NCBI RefSeq assembly: GCF_009834535.1
Contig: NC_045707.1
Location: forward strand, 61,444,001 to 61,508,000
Length of the DNA: 64,000 nucleotides
Source: Camelus ferus
Taxonomy: Eukaryota
Direction of reading: 5' to 3'
Shown here: piece by piece, positions 50,900 to 64,000 of the stretch
How positions within the stretch are numbered: the stretch's first letter is position 1
How the letters are laid out: each line of letters starts with the position of its first letter
The notes under the pieces: model-generated
Told to the model about the DNA's origin: nothing
Seen by the model: only the letters and a program-made list of their open reading frames with translations
The model's database searches: none
Translations under genes and position numbers: made by a program

Positions 50900-53554
50900 G
50901 TACTCATTTATAATTAAAAAGAGAAAAAAACTTCTTAGCACACTAGGAATAGAATTTCCTTAATTTGATCAAGAGTATCAAGCCCCCTCCCAAAACCCTA
51001 CAATAAGCATTAATGTATAATGATGAAAAATTAAAAGCTTTCCCCCAAGATTGAGAATGAAACAAGATGTCTCATTACTTCTGCTTAATATTTACTAGAG
51101 CTCAGGTAGTGTGATAAAATATGTGAGCTATAAATATATAAGACAAAAGATATAAAATGTATAATGATTGGAATCTATTATTCACAGATGACATGTGAGT
51201 GGGTACATAGAAAGCTCAAAGGAATACACAAATGGAACTAAAACAAATAAGTGAAATTATCAAAGTTGTCAAATATCAAGAATACATACAAAATTGCATT
51301 TCTATATACACTCCAGAAACAAATAACTTCAAAAATATCAAGCATATATAATTAAATCTAATAAATATAAAAACTATTTCTACACTGAAAACTACAAAAT
51401 ATCATTAAGAGAAACTTTCAAAGACAAATAAATGGAGAGACAGTAAATGTTCATGGGCTGGAAGATGCTAGATTATAAAGAATATTGGTCTTGATTTTAA
51501 TACATTTCTAATGAAAATCTGGGTAGCTTTTTTAAGGGGGTAAAAATTGATTATAAAATTTATTTGGAAATTCAAAGAACCAACAATAGCTAGACAATCC
51601 CTAAAAAGTAAAACAAAGTTAGAGGAATTACTCTACCAGACATCAAGACATCATAAAGCTATGTTAAGACATTATGGTATCAGCAGGAGGGTAGGCAAAT
51701 AGCCCAATAGAACAAAATAGAGTCCAGAAACAATTTTGACAAAAGTGACAGTGTCTTAGTATAGATGTTATTGGTAAGATTATTTTTTAAAAAATATTTT
51801 TATTTTGAAGTAATTGTAGATTCACAAGAGGTTACAAAAATAGTACACAGAGGCCCTGTGTAGATGTCACAGTTTCCCCATTGGTAATGTTTTATATAAA
51901 TATAGCACAATACCAAAATAAAAAAATTGACATTGGTACGATCAACAGACTGTAAGATTTCAATGGTCTTATATGCGTTCATTTGTGTGTGTGTTTGTGT
52001 AGTTTCATGCATTTTTATCACATATGTAAATTGAAGTAACCACTTCCCCAATCAAGATACATAACACATCACAATGATCCCTCATGCTAACATTTTAAAG
52101 CCATCCTCACTCACTCCCCCACCCTGTTCCTAATTCCTGGCAATCACTAATATGTTCTCCATCTCTATAATTCTGTGATTTCAAGAATGTTATATAAATA
52201 GAATCCTACAGTAGGTAACCATTGTGAGGTTGGCTCTTTTTTCACCCAGCATAATTCCCTTGAGATCCATCCACACTGTTTCATGCATCAATCACTTATT
52301 CTTCTTTATTGCTGAGTAGTATTCCATGGCAATGGATGAACCACAGTTCATTCAACCTTCACCTATTGATGGAAATTTGGATGTTTACAAGTTTGGGCTA
52401 TTACAAATATAAAGCTGCTATGAATATATGTGAACATATGTGAAGAATATTTGTGTAGCAATAAATTTTCCTTTTTCTAGGAAAAAAGGAAAAGGAAGAA
52501 GTGCCCAGGAGTGCAATTGCTGGGTCATATGGTAAGTATACATTTAGTTTTTAAGAACCAAAGTGCCAAACTATTTTCTAGAGTGGCTGTACCATTTTAT
52601 ATTTCTACCAGCAAAATAGGACAGACATAGTTCCTCCAAATCCTCTCCAGTATTTGGCATTGTTGCTATTTTTTATATTAACTTTTCTAATTGATGTATA
52701 GTGATTTCACAGTGTGGTTTTAATTTGCACTTCCCTAATGGCTAATAATGTTGAACATATTTTTATGTGCTTACTTTCCATTTGTGTATGCCTGTGGTGC
52801 AATGTCTGTTCCATCTTTTGTTCATTTTCTAATTGAATTGTTTGTATTTTTTACTGTTGAGTTTTGAGAGTTCTTTCTGTATTACAGACAGTAGTTATTC
52901 CTGAAATATGTTGTGTATGTGTATTTTCTCCTAGTCTGTAGCTGTCTTTTCATCTCTTAAAGTAGTATTTTAAAAAGAAGAGTGTTTTAATTGTTGAGGT
53001 TGAATTTATTGACTTTTTAAAGCTTGTGATTTTGGTGTCATGTAATCTACCATGTTATGAAGCCTCATTTAGCTTTAGATTCTGAGGATTTTTCTCCACT
53101 TTTTGTTCGAAAAGTTTTACAGGTTTATGTTTTACATTTAAGTGTGTGATTCATTTTGTGTTAATTTTTACATAATGTGTTAAGTTTTTATCAAAGTTCT
53201 TTTTTTTTATGGATGTTAAATAACGTGCATAGAGTTGTTCATAGTATATGTCAGCAGGTCTGTAATAATTTCCTAGATTCATTCCTGATATTGATCATTT
53301 GTGCTACTGTCTATTTTATTGATATTTGCAAAGAATTGGCTTTTTATTCCTTTAAAATTTTCTATCATTTTTCAATTTGCAATTTCATTATTGTCTTCCT
53401 TCTGCCAAGTTTATTTTGCTTTCTTTTCTTGTTTCTATAGGTAAAAGTTAGATTATCCACTTATGAGCGCTCCTTTTTTCTGATGTAACCATTTAGTGTC
53501 ATACATTGCCCTCTCAGCACTGCTTAAGTGCATTGCATTGGTTCTAATATATGT

Positions 53555-53597
<43 letters not shown>

Positions 53598-56500
53598 CAC
53601 ACATTTGATATATGTACATGTATATATACAATTATATATATTTATCTATTTGTATCTATATATCTATCTACATTGATATATTTATCTTTGTATCTATTTC
53701 CTTGAGACTTCCTCTTTGACACATGGATTATTTACAAGTGTGTTTAATTTTCAAGTATTTAAAAAGTTTTTTGTTCTCTCTGTGCTGTAGATTTCTGGAT
53801 TGATTTCACTGTGTTCAGAGAATATACTCTGTATAATTTCTTTTCTTTTAAATTGGTTGAGTTTTTATTTTATGGTTCAGGATATGGTCAGTCTTGGTTA
53901 ATGTTTCATAGGCGCTTGATCAGAATGTGTATTCTCTAGTTGTTGAGTGGAGCGTTCTATAAATGTCAGTTAGATCCTAGTTGGTTAATGGTATTGCTAA
54001 GTTCTTCTATATCCTCGCTGATTTTATGAGAAGAGTTGTGATTGTTGAGAGAAAACAGTTGAAATATCCAAATGTAATTGAGGACTCTTCTATTTCTGTT
54101 TTCGGTTGTATCAGCTTTGCCTCCTGCATTTTAAATGTCTGTTGTTCGAGGTATACAAATTTTATTAGAATCTTTTTTGATAGATTGATCATTTTATCAT
54201 TATTTAATGTCATTTTCTGTCTCTGGTAATTTTTTTTTTTTTGCTCTGAAATCTACTTTAGCTGATATTAATAAAGCAGCTTCTACTTTCTTTTGATTAA
54301 TGTTTACATGACATGTCTTCCTCCAACCTTTTACTTTCAACCTACCAGTATCATGTTTGAAGTGAGTGTCTTGGTTATGGCACATTGTTGGCTCATGTTT
54401 GTTTGTCTGATTTTAATCCATTTAGCCAACCTCTGTTTTTTAATTTATGCATTTAGACTATTTACACTTGATATCTTTATTGATGTGTTAGAGCATTAAG
54501 TGTGCCATCTTATTGTTTATTTTTATTTGATCTTCTATTTTTCATTCCTGTTTTACTTTTCCTGACTTCCTGTGAATTTCTTGAACATTACTTAGTTTCC
54601 ACTTTGATTTATCCATAGTGGTTTTCAGTGCATATCTTTACATAGATGTTTTAGTGGTTGCTATAGGTGTTAAATACTATATGTAACTAACTTATCACAA
54701 ACTACCGATGTCAGCATTTTACTAGTTTGAGTCAAATGTAGAAATACTACTTCCATTTAGGTCCCTTTACCACTCATTCCACCAATAACATAATTGTCTT
54801 AAATATTTCTTTTACATACATTAAGAACCATGTCAAACAATGTTATAATTTTTGCTTTAACTGTCAAACATAATTTAGAAAATGTAAGAGAATAGTTTAT
54901 TATATTTACTCATATTTTTACTCTTTACCTTGTTTTTTCTCCATTTCTGGTATTCCAAGAGTCCTTGTTAGAGCATTATTGTATTATTTGAAGATCTTTT
55001 TTAAGCTGTTCTTTTAGTGTACGTCTGATTATGACAAATCATCTTTAGTTCTCCTGAATCTGAGAATGTCTTAATTTTATCTTCATTCCTAAAGTATACT
55101 TTCTCTGGGTGGTATTCTTAGTTGATTCTTTTTTGAAATTGAAATTAAAAGTATTGTGCCACTTCCTGTGGCATCCACAGGATTTGGATGAGAAATCTGA
55201 TGACACTGAAATTATTGTTCTCATATAGGTAATGCATTGTTTCTCTTCAGCTGCTTTTAAGCTTTTTTTCTTTCTCTTAGGTTCTCTGAAGTTTGATTAC
55301 TGGTGTATCTTGGCATGAATTTTTTTGGGCTTACCATATTTGGCCTTTATTTGGAAGTATTATTTATATCTTTATCTAAATTTTGAAAGTTCTCGGCTAC
55401 TGTTTCTTAGAATATAGTCCATCTTTCTCCATTCCTTCTGGGACTCCAAGGACATGAAATATCTAATAGATACTTTGTTATCATAATGTTATCTATGTTG
55501 TCCCATAGAGCCCTAATGATTTTTTGTTGTGGTTTTTTGTTTTTTTTTTTTTTCCAGTCCACTTTCTCTCTGTTGCTCAGATTTGGTAATTCCTACTGTT
55601 CTATTTTCAAGTTCATTGACTTTTTCCATTGTCAGATTCATTCAACTACTCAGCCCAGCTAGTGAGTTTTTAATTTTGGTTATTCTATTTTTCAGTTGTA
55701 AAATTTCCATTGGAATCTGTAACTTTGATTTCCTTGCTGAGACTTTGTGTTTTCATTTCTTTTAAGCCTTTTAAAAATCGCTCCTTGAAGCATTTTTATG
55801 ATGACTACTTTCAAATCCTTGTCAGATGATCCTCACACCTGTGTTATTTGGGTGGTGGCAGCTGTGGTTGGTTCTCATTCATGCTGAGATCTTCCTGGTT
55901 CTTGGTATGTGAGTGATTTTTTTATTGTATACACGACATTTTGAGTTTTATATTACAAGATTCTAAATCTTAATCAGTCCTCCTGTTTCAGCAGGTCTTC
56001 ACTGACACTGCCCCAGGGGAGGAAGTCTTATTTATCACTGGTTGGTGGACAAAAGTCCCGGGCTGTCCAGGCTCCCCACTCATTCTTTTTTCTTTCTTTT
56101 TTAAAAAATTATCTAAATATAGTTGATTTACAATGTTTTAGATGTACAGCAAAGTGATTCAGTTATGCATAAATATATATAGCTATTCTTTTTCAGATTC
56201 TTTTCCATTATAGGTTATTACAAGATACTGAGTATAGTTCTCTGTGCTCTATAATAAGTCCTTGTTGTTTGCTTATCTATTTTATACATAGTGGTGTGTA
56301 TATGTTAATCCTAAACTCCTAATTTTATCCCTCCAACCTCCCACTTTCCCATTTGCTAATCATAAATTTGTTTCTATGTCTGTGAGCCTATTTCTGTTTC
56401 ACAAATAAGTTTCTTTGTATCATAGTTTAGATTCCATGTATAACTGATATCATGATATTTGTCTGTCTTTGTCTGACTTACTTCACTTGGTACGATACTC

Positions 56501-56860
56501 AAGGTCCATCCTTGTTGCTGCAAATGGCATTATTTCATTCTTGTTTAAGGCTGAGTAATATTCTGTTGTATGTATATACAACATTTTCTTTTCCCAGTCA
56601 TCTGTTGATAGAGCCTTGGGTTGTTTCTGTATCTTGGCTACTGTGAATAGTGCTGCAGTGAATGTGGGAGGCAGCTATCTCTTCAAGATACTAATTTTAA
56701 TTTTTTTTGGATAGACACCCAGAAGTGGGATTTTTGGATCATATGATAGTTCTATTTTTTAATTTCTTTAGGAACCTCCATAGTTTTCCATAGCTGCAGC
56801 ACAATTGTACATTCCTACCAACAGTGTACTGTGGTTCCAGGGTTTCCACCTCACCAAAAT
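50900..56860. mobile_element. Cluster of nested L1 fragments (plus ~50900-51760; minus ~51780-56860)
   Basis: ORF2 endonuclease peptides (RLKVKGWRK..., LLISAKVDFRAK) and several 3'UTRs with poly(T). Confidence 0.75.
53547..53600. repeat. (TA)n microsatellite followed by AT-rich degenerate repeats
   Basis: Directly visible. Confidence 0.9.
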
Positions 56861-57387
56861 TTATCTTAAAATTTATCTTAAAAACTAGTTACCACCAGGA
56901 TAACAAACACTTGCAATTAAGAACAACAACAATCTGACTACAAAAGTCATTAATTCAACAAAAAATGGAGATGAGAAGAAAATAAAAGTATGCTAAACCT
57001 CCTACTTTAGAATAGCAAAAAGGTCAGTAAATATCCTCTTATTCTTCACATTGGTAAAGCAATTATGTGATGAGTGACTTTGGGGGCTCTTGTTAAACCG
57101 CCTGTCAACAAGCTGGCTGAGGTTGAGGGCCCTCCTTTGCCCCAGCTAGAGAGGTTTAATCCTAACTCATTTTCTCTACAACCTGTGTAAGTATGAAATT
57201 AAACTTTGTTTTGTTAAGCCACTGAGACTTAAAGGTGTATTTGAAACCAGAGCCCAGCCTAACCTCTTATAGAACTTACTGCTGGGAGTAGGGTGTAGAG
57301 CCATAATGAAAACCTAAACTTATCCCACCTGAGACCTAGGTAGGAAGGATCCTTTCTTTGACCCCAGACTTGATAGGACATCTCATG

Positions 57388-57389
<2 letters not shown>

Positions 57390-57427
<38 letters not shown>
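57390..57427. repeat. (CA)n microsatellite
   Basis: Directly visible. Confidence 0.95.
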
Positions 57428-57429
<2 letters not shown>

Positions 57430-58189
57430 CACAGACTTTATTATTAAATGAAAGCTTCTCTGCATTCTAACATTAGCATGGGTTCAGCGTGACCCACAGC
57501 ACTGAATGTCTGCATCTTTTGCCACATGTTTTTAAAGCAAAGGGCATCTGTATCTGCGTGGTAAAAAGGCTTGTGAATATTGTTGCTGATGACACTGGAG
57601 ACAGACACTGCATCAGAGTCCAAGAAAGATTTGAACCATGGAAGCTCTTAGGGTAAGAGAAAAAGATCAACTTGTCACATCTTTTGTTTCAGCACGAAAG
57701 CAATAGATTTCAGGCATAATATAATATTGTTTAGCAGTACTACTGGAGATCTGTTTCCTCACTTCTCTCTTCTTGTTCCCATTTCGGGGGTAAGGGAGAC
57801 ATTTTGCAATGGTAACAATTTACATTACTGTTAAGTAGGGGTAAATGTAGTTCTGTATGTTGTCTGAGTATGAAGCCTGACATCAGTTCTTTACATTGGC
57901 CACTAGGTGGACATGAGCACTAGAATGGTGAATAATCTTGTATTTATAAAAATATTTAAGAAGACAAATTTTCCAAAAAATTAAGAAATATTTAAAATAC
58001 TTAAAATTGATACTCATCCATTTAACTTTGCCTTTTAATTTGAATGGACAGTTTCGATTATTTTAGAGGAAATGAAAAATTAGTTAATAACATCCGTGAA
58101 AATAAGCAAAATTATTCTAATCAAATACAAATCTGAGCAGATGGGATGAAACCCCTGAAACCACATATTCTTTACTAAACAAAGATTTA

Positions 58190-59340
58190 ATCATTGAGCA
58201 AACAATGAGATTATATGTGGGCTTCCATTTTTATTCATCTAGCCCACTAATGTTAGTGGCAAGCTTGCCTGAACCACGTGGTAGAGTTTAACAGTTAGTT
58301 GGCAAGCAGTGAGGAAACTTATTTCAGAGGAATGATGGCAAGCTATGGGATTCAGAGCCCAGATAAGTGAAAAAATGTGACCTATTACTCAGGAGGCAAA
58401 TCATGAGTCCATTGAACTTGAAGCTCTAAGCAGAGGTTGGAAAACAGAACATTAACATTATTTGTTGGTTGTAGGGTGTGTTCAACAAGATATTATAAAA
58501 GTAAAGCATTGGACAGTTTGGAAGCAGAAAAAGAATCAAGAAATGTGGGGCTGCCTTCTGCATAGCATATAAAAAGATTTTTAAAAGGCTTTGAGAGACA
58601 AATGTGAAACTTTCATATGATTAAAAAACCTTAGGGCACAGAGGTGATGAAGTATGTAACTCCAAGGAAATCCTGTTAATTGACTAAAAATTGCCTCAGC
58701 AAATCCAACAGTTTAAGAGTGTACCCATTTTCCCAAAACTCATGTTTCAAGCTAACTGGCATTAAGATGAAAAAGAAAAGCACCAAGGTGAGGAAACAAA
58801 GAAATAAAGACTTGAAAGTTTCTCCAAACTATACTTTAACCATGGTTATTGGTGCTTGGAACTGACTGGAGGCATACAGCTGAAAGACCTTTAGAGTTTT
58901 TGACAGAGATACAGTCCCAAAGATATTGTAAACCTGTTGTGAAAATTGTTGTGAAAAGTGAATGCAATATATTTTAAATGACTCTTGGACCTTAAACTTC
59001 TGTGGGCAGAAGAAGACTATGCAGCCCTCAAAGATGGCATTTTTCCCAGTGCCCAATTCAAATTGGTCCAGGGAGGCCTTTTAAAGGGAGAAGACAGGAC
59101 CACAGAAAATAATGGAAGAGGGAACTCCAACCACCTCTAGTTAGATAACTTTTCTGACTCCCAGCATAGCAAGTCTTCGTAATATATACCCTAAAGATTT
59201 CAGAATTGCTTTCAACCAGCAATCGCTTTGTGACTCCCATTCTGCCACTTTCTTAACAGAAGTGTTATAGTTGTCTTTGTGCTACCGTTGCATATTGTTT
59301 ATGTGGAGGACAGACACAGTCACTAGGCCAGCGGTATCCA
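58190..59340 (+). mobile_element. ERVL-MaLR internal-like fragments
   Basis: MLT-int-like motifs (GGCAAGCAGTGAGGAAACT; CCAGCATAGCAAGTCTTCGTAATATATACCC). Degenerate. Confidence 0.45.
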
Positions 59341-60000
59341 CAGCGATCCCCACCCCCGCAAACCCGAGCGAAAGGGAGCTAGGTCTGGGCAACGAACAGC
59401 TTCAAGTTTTCCTTTCTCATCCACTTCTATTACTACTACGTTGGAGGAGATAACCCAGCCAAGGTGTGATTTTCAGCTGCATGCTGGAAAGTCCAGACTG
59501 AATTCATACAAATGAGTTCATGAAATTTATCGCCCAGGTACCTTAGGATGAACCAGAGAAGTAAGATCCTAGGCCGAGGTCTTTCTCACCATGTATTTCA
59601 TGTTGGCTGCGACGGGCTGGACTTTGCCACGCATTTCGTTGTGAGCTTCGACGCAGTGTTTTATAAATTTCTGATCTGTGATGGAGGGGACTGTGGGAGA
59701 CGAAGTACTGGCTACCAGACAGAGACCTAAGGTCCATAAGCAATTCAGATTCTTCCTCAGAATCATGGTGAGGCGCAGAGAATGCCCTGACTGAACGGAC
59801 CAGTAACAGCTGGGGCAGCCCGGCCGGGCGGGGGCGGTGCGGGCGGCCGAGGGGATTGGGGGGCGCGGTGTGGCAGTAACCGTTGGCTCCATCCACCTGC
59901 CTGGGCTCGAGCCCAGCGCAGGGATTCGTGGGAAGGCTGAGCGCCAAGTAGGGAGGCAGGCCAGACCTCAGGAATAGCCCACCACCGAGCCCTGGGCTGC
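59300..60000. promoter_or_regulatory. CpG island / promoter of GLIPR1L1
   Basis: GC- and CpG-rich against an AT-rich background. GC boxes (GGGCGG) at about 59826-59846 and a CCAAT (ATTGG) at 59855-59859, upstream of the ATG. Confidence 0.75.
59590..59766 (-). CDS. GLIPR1L1: GLIPR1-like protein 1, coding exon 1 (signal peptide and start of CAP domain)
   Basis: Translates MILRKNLNCLWTLGLCLVASTSSPTVPSITDQKFIKHCVEAHNEMRGKVQPVAANMKYM (59 codons). ATG in CACC-ATG context, ends at a GTGAGA donor in phase 0, lies in a CpG island. Matches the recalled GLIPR1L1 N-terminus. Confidence 0.95.
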
Positions 60001-63000
60001 AGGAAAAAACTTGGAGTCGCCTTCTGGTGCAGAGTTTTTTAACCATCCAAGATGCTTTCTGCAGACCCACTTGGACTCAATGCAGAGGGCACGTGTATTG
60101 TAAGCCAGATTGCCACTTGCAGGCAGCACATGTATGTAAAAGGACAACAAATTAATATGTTGTTGACGATGGACCTGGCTTGTGTGAAGCCCTGCAGAGC
60201 AGTGGTTTCACATACTTAGCTTCCGTGTATAGCCTTTTCAAAAATTTATTGTTTTTAAGTAAGCTGCAACATCATATCGTGCATTTCGTCAAGAGACTGG
60301 GAAAAAAGCAAGGACAGGCATTTTGTATAGTCGATGACATAGAGATCCTTAATCATTACCTTGTCAAACATTTAATTAATAACTTGCTTGTTTTCCCAGC
60401 TGCCTAGAGAGACACATGGAATAGCGGGCAAAATCTTTCCTTCTTGAAACTTTAATTTGGAACAGACTATTTAGTGACTAGTAAACTTCAGATAAAGGAT
60501 TGCTTTAGTTGGAATGCTAAAGACTAAGACAGAGTATATTTGATTGCTTCTTTTACCTACATTGCAATATAAATCAACTTCATTTGGCTTAATGTTTTAA
60601 ATCCATTATGTCAGTTATATTGTTATTCAATAATAAACCAGCGTTTTTTCTGTGACATTACATGACATTTTCCTGTATTTCTATATTTCAAATAAATATC
60701 TTTGATTATGTGAGGTTATTTACAATGCCATTTAATTCAAGTGAACACATATTTACATTCACTGATATTCTAGTCACTTCTAGTGGTCAGGCAACCTTGC
60801 CACTAAAAATAAGAACAACTTTGCTACAATTAGTTATTATTTTTTAATAGAAAGCAGAAAATTAAATTATAAAATGGGGGAAAATATAAAGGGAAGGTAT
60901 TGCTGGTCTACTATCTGCCATTGGAGAATTGCAGTATATGTGACCTCAGCATTACATCCATAATCCAAACTGAGCTTCTAATACCCCACACCCAAATCCT
61001 GAGCCTCCAGTTCTCCCTATCTCAGCTAATGGCAGCTCCATCTTTCTGACTGCTCAGGCCCCAAACTTTGGAGGCAATTAGTTCCTTAGAAAATTCTGTT
61101 GGCTTTGTCTTTATATTTTCAAGGCTTTGACTGCTGATCACCATTTGAATGACACCTCCTTGATTTCATGAATAATTACAATAACTTCCTAGTGGATATT
61201 CCTACCCTACTCTTAACCTCTTGTAGTCTGTTCCCAAGATAGCAGTCAGAATGATGTTCAATAATCTTTAGTATACTTATATATTTTGGATGTCTGCTGT
61301 ATACCAGGCATTCTTCTCGGTGCTTGAGATTACAACCATAAAAAAGAAAACAAAGCAACCTGCCTTTCTGGAATTCTAGTGATAATAAATAATAATAATG
61401 ATGATAATATAAATAATAATAATAAATGATAAGCATAATAAACAAATTCTATAGTATAGTTTAAAATGGTGATACTTTCTATGAAAAAAATGCTAGGCTA
61501 AGGAGTTCAGGTGATGGTGGCAGATGGTAATTTTAAATGTGATCAGTGTGGATGTCTTTGAAAAGGTGCCTTTTGAGAAAATACTTGAAGGGGACGCAAG
61601 AGGGAAGCATGTGGATACTGAAGGAAGAAGATTAAATAAAGTGGAACTATAATACTAGGCAAAAATCATGTAGAAGTTGGGAGAGCTGAGTGATTATTGT
61701 TGAACTATTCTAAGGTATTTGTATTGGTGGGAGGAGAGTCGAGGTATTGAGTAACTTTTGACTTTGTTAAGTAATGAACATGTTAACAATTTAAGAATGA
61801 CTGTTTAAAGAAAGAATACCAAACCAGTAGTGGGAAAATGACAGATGAAAAATATTTAATTAACCCAATTGAAGTCAAGAAATCCGAAAAAATTTTTACT
61901 TTTCTTCTTTCTTCTTTTTTCATATATTTATTTAAGGTTATTCATGTCCCCTGATTTACAGTTTAGTTGCAATTCATAAGGTTTAAGAGTGGACTGCTTT
62001 TTTGCTATTCAGTTATAAATATTTCATAATTTCCATTATGGCTTATTCTTTGACCTGTTAATTGAGGGCACTGTTAAGTTTTTCTAAATGGGTTTCTAAA
62101 GTTGTTTTTTAGTTATTGATTACATTTCATTTTATTTGTAGTCAGAGACTATGAACTAGGTGATAAAAAGGCTTTGCTGTTGGAACAGGGATGAAGAAAT
62201 AGATAAAATGAAGAGAATGAGTTAAGTATCCATATTTACATCCCAGATCCTGTGTATAACAGACACGGCATTTCTGTTGATTTAGGTGATAAGGATTTTT
62301 TAAAAATTATTCTTGTATAATTACTTATCCCTATGGAAAAAAATGTAGGATTTAGTATCTTCCTTCTCCTTACACAGAAATAAATTCCAATTATGACTTA
62401 AATGTGAAGAAAAAAACTTCACAGGAAAATATGAGAGTACTTCTGAGTTTTTCCAGGACCTCTTACCATTGCCTTTGTGTATATTTATCTTCATAGTCAA
62501 ATATTTAAATACTATTCTCAACACAGCATCCAGAGTGATTCTGTTAAAGGTAAGTCGGATCATGTCACTCCACTGCTCAAAACCTTCCAATTGCTGGCTT
62601 TCCATGGTACTCAAAGCGAAATTCCAAGTCCTCACATTAGCCTTCAAGGCCCTTTCTCAACAATACAGCCCCTCTCTGATGTCATCTCCTACTCCTCTCC
62701 CCTTCCTTTTGTCTCTTCCAGACACTCTGGCCCCTTTGTGGTTCATAGAAAAAGCCAAAGTGCTTCTGCCTCAAGGCATTTGCTTTTGTTTCATTTGCCT
62801 AAATTCTTTTTCCCAGAAGGCTACGTGGCTCATTTCTAGCCTCTATTAAATATCTGCTCAAGTTACGTCTTTTCAAAATACCTAACAGTGGTATTTTATA
62901 TTACTTAATACACCTATCACTTCCTGTTGGTCCTTTTCTGCTTTGTATTTCTCCATAACCCTTATCCTCACATTCTGTGATGTAATTTGCTTATTTATAT

Positions 63001-63253
63001 TGTTATCATAATTCCCCTCAATTGAATGTAAGCCCCGTGAGGCAGGGATTACTTCTTTTTTTTTTTTAAACTACTGTATCCCCAACATCTTGACAGACAA
63101 GTTCAATATTTGATGAGCAGATTAATAAATGAACCCTTTATGACTCCAATTAAATGTTAGTTTCTTTTGTGAAGTCTTCCAATTATAAGGGATCTCCTGT
63201 CATTAAAACACTTCCTGTTTCTGTATCACTACTTTATTTCTCTTTTCCCCTCT

Positions 63254-63660
63254 GTATTAGTCAGGGTTATCCAGAGACACAGAACCAATAGAACATATAT
63301 CCCCATCGTCTCTTTATTCACACACACACACACATACACACACACACATACACACACACATTTTAAAGAAATTGGCTTATACAGCATGGGGGCTGGCAAG
63401 CCCCAAAGCTGTAGGACAAGCTGACAGGCTGAAGATTCAGGTAAGAGCTGATGTTGCAGTCTTCAGTCTGCAGGCTAGAAACTCAAGCAGAACTTGTAAA
63501 TTGGACTCTAGAGGCAGAATCCCATCTTCTTTGGGAAACTTCAGTCTTTGCTTTTAAGGCCTTCAACTGATTGAATGAGGCCCACCCACACTATGGAGAG
63601 TAGTCTAGTGTTTGATCTGGTGTTTGATCACACAACTGGTCATCACTTTCTAGCCAAGAT
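63254..63660 (-). mobile_element. MLT2 LTR containing a (CA)n tract
   Basis: TGTATTAGTCAGGGTTATCCAGAGACACAGAACCAATAG...GGCCTTCAACTGATTGAATGAGGCCCACCCACA. Confidence 0.8.
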
Positions 63661-64000
63661 GGCACATGAAATAAACAATGATACCCTTTTACTCCTCCAA
63701 ACACTTCATGTGCCTATCTTATTACTTTGTTCTTCTTTTCCTCTCATGTACGGCAGTCATTCAATGTACAAACCCTGTTAGCTGTACTTTTTAAATAATC
63801 CAAATACTTCTTCCCATTCTGTGGACAGCCAGTATCTTGGCTGGAGCTGCCATCATCCTGTCCTGGAACAAAGGCAGTAGTATCTTTCTCGGTTTCTCTG
63901 TATCCATTCTTGCTTCATTACAATTAATTTTCCATAGAAAAGCCAGATTATTCCTTTAAAAACATAAATCCCCCTCTTTTCAAAACCCTCTAATGACTTC

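Noticed and set aside
59543..60070. 175-aa minus-strand ORF, and overlapping ORFs at 28125-28603, in the CpG islands
   Set aside because: These are alternative frames of GC-rich, stop-poor sequence with no recognisable domain.

Overview
Mammalian genomic DNA, AT-rich and dense in repeats. A tRNA-derived SINE resembling the camelid vic-1 family suggests a camelid, but this is an inference. Two CAP-superfamily (CRISP/antigen 5/PR-1) paralogues lie in tandem on the minus strand. GLIPR1L1 is complete: six coding exons spanning 59766 to 36462, 732 nt, 243 aa, with a signal peptide, a CAP domain and a hydrophobic GPI-type tail. GLIPR1L2 has coding exons 1-4 in the window (28411 to 7128); its last exons were not found and presumably lie left of the window. 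Intron 3 of GLIPR1L2 contains a near full-length processed (retrotransposed) copy of the normally X-linked MSL3 mRNA at 11701-14055, in the same orientation as the host gene. It has a 16/17-bp target-site duplication, a poly(A) signal and tail remnant, three frameshifts and a lost stop codon. Both genes have CpG-island promoters. Plus-strand splice signals next to the GLIPR1L2 promoter suggest a divergent (possibly CAPS2-type) transcript. The rest is L1, L2, MIR, MLT LTRs, hAT and Tigger MITEs, and microsatellites. Most ORFs in the supplied track are repeat-derived noise. Repeat family names come from recalled consensus motifs and were not confirmed by a search; repeat boundaries are approximate.
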